This document shows positions 59,501-64,000 of a DNA stretch of 64,000 nt, piece after piece. Under the pieces are notes generated by a model. It saw only the letters and a list, made by a program, of their open reading frames with translations, did no database searches and was not told the DNA's origin. Made by a program: the position numbers and the translations under genes. Positions within the stretch are counted from its first letter, which is position 1. Each line of letters starts with the position of its first letter. The stretch comes from Klebsormidium nitens. Lineage: Eukaryota > Plantae > Klebsormidiophyceae. Where the stretch lies: assembly GCA_000708835.1 (NCBI GenBank), contig DF237027.1, forward strand, positions 169,188-233,187. Reading direction: 5' to 3'.

Positions 59501-62500
59501 CCTTCTCGGTCAGGTTCTTCGCCGCAAAAAACAGGAGGGAGAATGACAGACCCCAGATCACAGTAGAAGGACCGAAAAGTAGCCGAGAGGATAGCGGAAA
59601 GAGGCACAGAAGTTCCCAACGAAAGGCACAGAATCACTAGGTAGGTGACTAGAAAGAAGCCGAAGAGAACACCAAAAAAGAATTTTGAAGTCACCGAGCA
59701 CGCCGCATCCGTCTTGCAGATGTTGCACCCCAGGCCCGCCCACCCCGCCTTGCACGTGCAATCGCACGTCCCATTTACGTCAGCAGTCGCTGGGTATCCT
59801 GCGCACTCGTACCCAAAGTTCAGGGGGCAGTTTGCCGGGTTGAGAGCCCCCCCCGAAACGGGAGCGGGCGGCAGAGTGGCCACAGGGGGGGCGGATAAAG
59901 TGACGGTAGATTTGGTCGAGCGGAGGGTTTTGCGGCAGCCTTGGGAGGCGATGACGGAGAGTTTCGAGCCCAGGGGAGCGGAGGAAGCGTTACACGTGGC
60001 GTTGTTGGTGCCGATGCGGGTTAGGGAGGTGCAATTGAGGCCGCCAACGGAGACCTGCGGCGAAAAGAGAGAGCATTCAGAGAGACTTTGAGGCTGAGCC
60101 CGAGAAGATCAAGGCCGCGAAAAGATGCCGGCAAAGTGTCTGAGAAAAGCGGCTTTTGTCAATAAGTGACACTTGTTCAACTCCAGCTTCCATCGACCGA
60201 CAGACCGACAGACCGAATCGAGATGATGGCAGAATCGAGACAGGAGGAATATACAAGTAAAAACAAACAAAGATGACAGGATCGTGAAGAGTTGGAAAGG
60301 TTCAAAACAACTCATCAGGTCAATCAAGGAGACAAAGAAAACGTCCGTCACCTGAACCGGCGGTACTGACACGTTGTTCACCGCGGCCAACACCGCATCT
60401 CCCAGCCCCGGGCCCATCAGTGCCACGTCAGTTCCGGCATCGACCGCGGCAGAGCTCAACACCAGAGGGGGGACGGTTTGGCTGGCGCAGGACCCCCCTG
60501 AAAACCCGCAATCGCACGAACACGTGCCGCTGGAGAGCGCCGTCGGACCCGGAACACATCGGCCGTTCAAGTTGCAAGAGGACGAGCAACCGAGTGTCGA
60601 CGTGGCCAAGAGGCGACCAGTGAAGATGACGGTCGCGCCGTAGCTGCCGGTGATGGAGAAGGCGACGGCGATGCTTGGGAAGTCGAGAGTGGCAGTCTGC
60701 AGGGGCGCGAGAAAGTGGTCAGTAGTGCCCTTCCAATTCTGCCCTCCATCTCGAAACTTCTCGATTTTACGAAATCTGCTTTTTCCTGGTTCCATCCTCG
60801 TCATCGTCGCTCTGGCCAGCTTCTCGAATAAGCAACCGGCTGTGCCTTCTCCATTCGTCTTTTCTGCCGAATGAGCTAACTCGCTCTTCGTCTTTGAAGG
60901 ATAAATGTTTTCTCTCTGGGTCCAGTTGAACCATAGAAATACCCCACTGCAACTGCCCCAGAGTGCGGGATAGACCATTTTGTCAGTCGTGGGGTAGAGA
61001 AGCAGACATTGCTTCTTTGACTGGTTCAGGAAAGAAGTTCAAGGGCGGGTCAAGCGTCCAAAGCCACATTCTTCTTATCCACAAAGAATCACCTGGAATG
61101 TCACGGGACCGTCCCCTAACAGAGAGTCTGGAGAGTCCTTACCCGACCCAATGACGTCAGCGTGCCGTTCCCTGCCACACTCGTGCTCGCCCCCCCCAAA
61201 TCCGACAGGCTTGGCGTCCCCCCCGCCAGGGCCACTGCCGCCATAGCGTTTCCCACAACCCACGTCTGGTTCACTGTAACCCTCTGAGCATTCGTGGCTG
61301 GGACTGTTACGGTGGCGTTCATAGGGGCGCTGGTCAGATTGACCGTCAGATCGCTTATGGTGACGGTCGCCAGGGTTTGGATGCGCGTGATGATGTCAGC
61401 GGGGGCGACGCTCAAAGGCACGGGGTTGGTCGCAGGGGGGCCAGAGAAAGAGGCGCCGTTGAGAAAGACGGAGGACCAGTTGGAAGGAGGGCAGGGGCCG
61501 GTAGAAGCGAGGGTGATGTAAAGTGGACCTGTAACAGACAAGGGACCAATCGTTTCCTTATCTGGAGAGCAGAGAAACGGACGAAGCATACATACAGAAA
61601 AAGAGGCCTGACTGCCACAAGTTAGAAGAGTGCGACGGTTGTTTGCAGGTGTCCAGATGGATACACGTCCGTCCAAACCATCGACTTTTTGAAGTCTCAA
61701 ATCGAGCGGGAGAAGGAGACCACAAAAGATGAAGGAAAAATAAGCGAGTACAAATAGCAGTCAATTCAAGGTCTCTCTAGACCAAGGACTCTTTTATGCT
61801 TGCACAATTCCTTGCATCTGGGAGCGCGCTCTACAACAGACTGTTTTCTGAAAGCAGGGTTGACCAAAACACTAATTTCGGATGATAGATACGCGATGCC
61901 TTTCTAGTGTGATTGGAGGCCTCTACTTCAAGCCCAGTCAGTGCCCGCCTTGAAGATGGCGAAAACCTCATCCAGGCTGTGAGGCAAACCGATATTCCAA
62001 ACACCTACTGAGAAGCAGTTAAGAGGGTAACAAACCACTTTATGGAACCCAAGGGTGAAAGATAGGGGAGTCTCAAAACCTCTTTTCCAGATCTCTCAGC
62101 TGGGTAACAGGACAAGGCAGGCGATTTTGTGGTGTTATTACTTTGAAAGCCTTGAAAGCCTCGGGTACAATTGCACCCCTCAGGTGATTGACCATAATTC
62201 TCGAAGTCATCTTCTCAAGATCAACGGGGCACTGGCCGGATTTTCTGCTGCCAATGACCCCAAAACGAGTGCTGGAAAACATCCAGACAACGAGCGTCCT
62301 GCATATGTCTGAACTTGCGGATGAGGGGCGACGTGGTTCCTTCACAACAAGCTTGGGGCCTTCGTTTCTACGCCTCAACTTGCACCCTACTGGGTCCTGT
62401 CAGTATTTCAAAAAGCGTGACAGGAACCAGGTTCGAAGACCATGATGAAACAACAGGGTATTGCGGCGCATCAGCATCTGTTCCGGAAAATCACAATGAA

Positions 62501-62931
62501 TCAATGATCTCTCACTCCAACACCTGGAACTAAGAGCTGAAGCCATCAGAGCGCCCTTCTCTATCACCTGTGCTGACTACTATCCCCGTGATCGTGTATA
62601 CTTGCCAGCTCATGATTCTGCACATCCCCTAAAGTTTTATTAGATCTTCGCCACATTGACATTGGCTCCATCACTTACCTGATGCATTCACCACCTGGCC
62701 AGCATCCCCCGTGATGGGCGCCGTGAGGGGCTTTGTCACTTGGCCAGATATTGTGAAGTTGGAGACGGCGGGGTTGATGTCGAACCGCAGGACACAACTT
62801 TGGCCCCATACGCCGCTTGGGAGAGCGAAGAGTGCCACGAAGAACAGAAGCGTTCGCCCCCAGCCATGCAAGCCCCGGGGGGCCGCCCGGTGCATTATGT
62901 GCCTACCACCGTCCGGATACCAGTTGGACAT
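47559..62931 (-). CDS. Half-size ABCG transporter, ADP1-like, with extended EGF/IPT-like ectodomain
   Basis: Exons in minus order: 62931 (or 62895)-62679, 61528 (or 61561)-61143, 60696-60352, 60054-59695, 59007-58729, 57914-57646, 56978-56732, 55870-55681, 55109-54750, 54252-53951, 53585-53394, 52639-52358, 51315-51116, 49842-49658, 48950-48792, 47767-47559; phases compatible; ~1400 aa. Walker A GPTGSGKTT, Q-loop LPQED, signature LSGGERRR, Walker B/D-loop VLLDEPTSGLD, H-loop SVHQP, then an ABC2-type membrane domain. Confidence 0.92.
48230..48790. repeat. Degenerate GGACGGAAAC/AACGG microsatellite-like tract in ABCG intron 15
   Basis: Numerous aacggacgga-type units, e.g. 48545-48600. Includes a 29-bp exact copy of the exon-15 3' end with its donor (48629-48661). 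Confidence 0.85.
49843..51115 (-). repeat. ABCG intron 13 made largely of ~145-165-bp diverged tandem units echoing both flanking exons
   Basis: Anchor ttggcgccgtc at 49801 (real exon), 49944, 50107, 50269, 50416. Anchor cgcaggaa at 51143 (real exon), 50982, 50828. Confidence 0.9.
52020..52440 (-). repeat. Triplicated ABCG exon-12 3' end plus donor site
   Basis: Donors at 52357 (real), 52195 and 52026. Each is preceded by GTGAGCCTGCTCATGGCGCTGCTCGT...CAG-type sequence. Confidence 0.92.
54180..54620 (-). repeat. Four copies of the ABCG exon-10 start (DEPTSGLDAH)
   Basis: Anchor gaggccgct at 54233 (real), 54378, 54483, 54604. Confidence 0.9.
55830..56170 (-). repeat. Three copies of the ABCG exon-8 acceptor plus start
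   Basis: cag|GTCGGC at 55870 (real), 56007, 56164. Confidence 0.9.
56880..57290 (-). repeat. Three copies of the ABCG exon-7 acceptor plus start
   Basis: TGGGCYCGTCT...GCCAAAAAGGA copies start at 56978 (real), 57133, 57269. Confidence 0.92.
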
Positions 62932-63619
62932 AATCAGGCTTTTCTGTACACTTCACGGTGGACTTCTAGACGACTCCACGCAAAGGCCAGAGAATCTGTC
63001 CTCTGCACCTTTTCCAACAGCAACTGTAGTCTGGACAATCCTAAGCTACGCGTGCCAACCGTTCAACCGGACTGCTGACTTTTCCAACTGCTTCTGCGGT
63101 GGTGGCGTTCAAGATGGTGTTTGATGCGTGTGCCGATTCTTGAATCTGGAGAAGTTCTCAAAGCTAGCAGTTCTGCAGACTGCGGCTTCAGCAGCTCGGC
63201 TACCCAGATGGCAATACCTTTTCAAAGCTCTAAGCCCAATGCTTCAAAACCCCTTCAAATGTTATCGATGGGAAATCCTGAGATCCCCATGCAATTTAAG
63301 CGCGAAGGGGGTATACTCCAAACTCGCACACAGTTGATTGTTCCCGTTGTTCAAGGAAACCAACTTTAGGGAATGCCTCAACCCTCTCACATCTAGCGAC
63401 TTGCGCTGGCTTGAAAAGATGTCAAGACAGAACTTCAGCTCAACCTGCACCCACAGAAGGGTGTTTCATTTCCATGCTACTGGGTGTTTGAGCACTGCCC
63501 TTCAACACACATTGCCAATGAAAAAGCAGATTTTTGGACTCAGAGTCATCCTTGTCGGGCAGTGCCGTCCTCCCTGCTGCTGTGCATTTGCTCCAACTCT
63601 GAGACCGAGCTGATCATGC

Positions 63620-63730
63620 AAAGCCCTAAACCGACGGCCGGTCTAAAACCCTAATACCGTGGGCGGCCGCGCCGGCGCCTGGGCGGCGAAGACGTCTTGA
63701 CGTCCGAGTCTTGACGTTCTGACGTCTTCA
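63620..63730. promoter_or_regulatory. Telo-box plus clustered TGACG (bZIP/as-1-like) motifs upstream of ABCG
   Basis: aaaaccctaa at 63645-63654; GC-rich 63661-63690; TGACG at 63698, 63712, 63720. Motif match only. Confidence 0.3.
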
Positions 63731-64000
63731 TGCTTCGCTTCATGCAACCGTTTTGAATTGGTTGAGCTAGGCGAATGTCAAGAGCATTTTTGGCAGCAAA
63801 AAATGATCGGGCCAATCCAGGCACGTCATGATCATATCTTTGAATTCGTTTAAAAGATTGATCCATTGCCCGCGATCCAAAAATCCCAAAAGAGAGCATG
63901 TATTGCCATGCCAGATCACCACATTGTATCGCATGGGGGGTGGGGACTATATGAGCAAATGCTTTTTTTCTGAACTTCGAGAGCCGTATTGACATATTGA

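Noticed and set aside
61700-62670. ORFs inside ABCG intron 1 (62073-62378, 62188-62445)
   Set aside because: No recognisable domain or codon bias; not needed for a phase-consistent model.
63651-63995. 114-aa minus-strand ORF at the window end
   Set aside because: No motif, runs through the promoter-like region, and context is truncated by the window edge.
1-64000. tRNA, rRNA, snRNA genes and intact transposons (LTR, TIR plus TSD)
   Set aside because: None recognised by eye; a covariance-model or repeat-library scan would be needed to exclude them.

Overview
Eukaryotic, intron-rich nuclear DNA with GT-AG introns and high-GC3 exons. The gene content and style suggest a streptophyte green alga such as Klebsormidium (inference, not verified). 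I assembled gene models by hand and checked exon phase; the best-supported models fit end to end. Genes found: (1) single-exon TPR protein (+, 1560-3020); (2) three paralogues of an unrecognised all-helical family, each built from two homologous domains (A + ~6037-7554; B - ~38365-39626; C - ~41763-43086); (3) eIF3a (-, 12 coding exons, ~1014 aa); (4) an Ac45/VOA1-like (At3g13410-type) membrane protein, head-to-head with eIF3a (+, 6 exons, ~317 aa); (5) a MYND zinc-finger protein (-); (6) INCENP (+, 10 exons including a 4.2-kb exon, ~2019 aa); (7) a bacterial-like class I SAM methyltransferase (+, 2 exons, 271 aa); (8) an ADP1-like half-size ABCG transporter with a long EGF/IPT-type ectodomain (-, 16 exons, ~1400 aa). 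I saw no rRNA, tRNA, CRISPR array or intact transposase. The most striking unexplained structure is that introns of three unrelated genes (eIF3a, INCENP, ABCG) contain more than 20 diverged tandem 'echoes' of the adjacent exon end plus its splice site. They are spaced mostly 105-180 bp apart and often keep intact decoy splice sites. In the four best-preserved echoes the differences from the real exon fall mostly at third codon positions (hand count 23 third : 5 first : 0 second).
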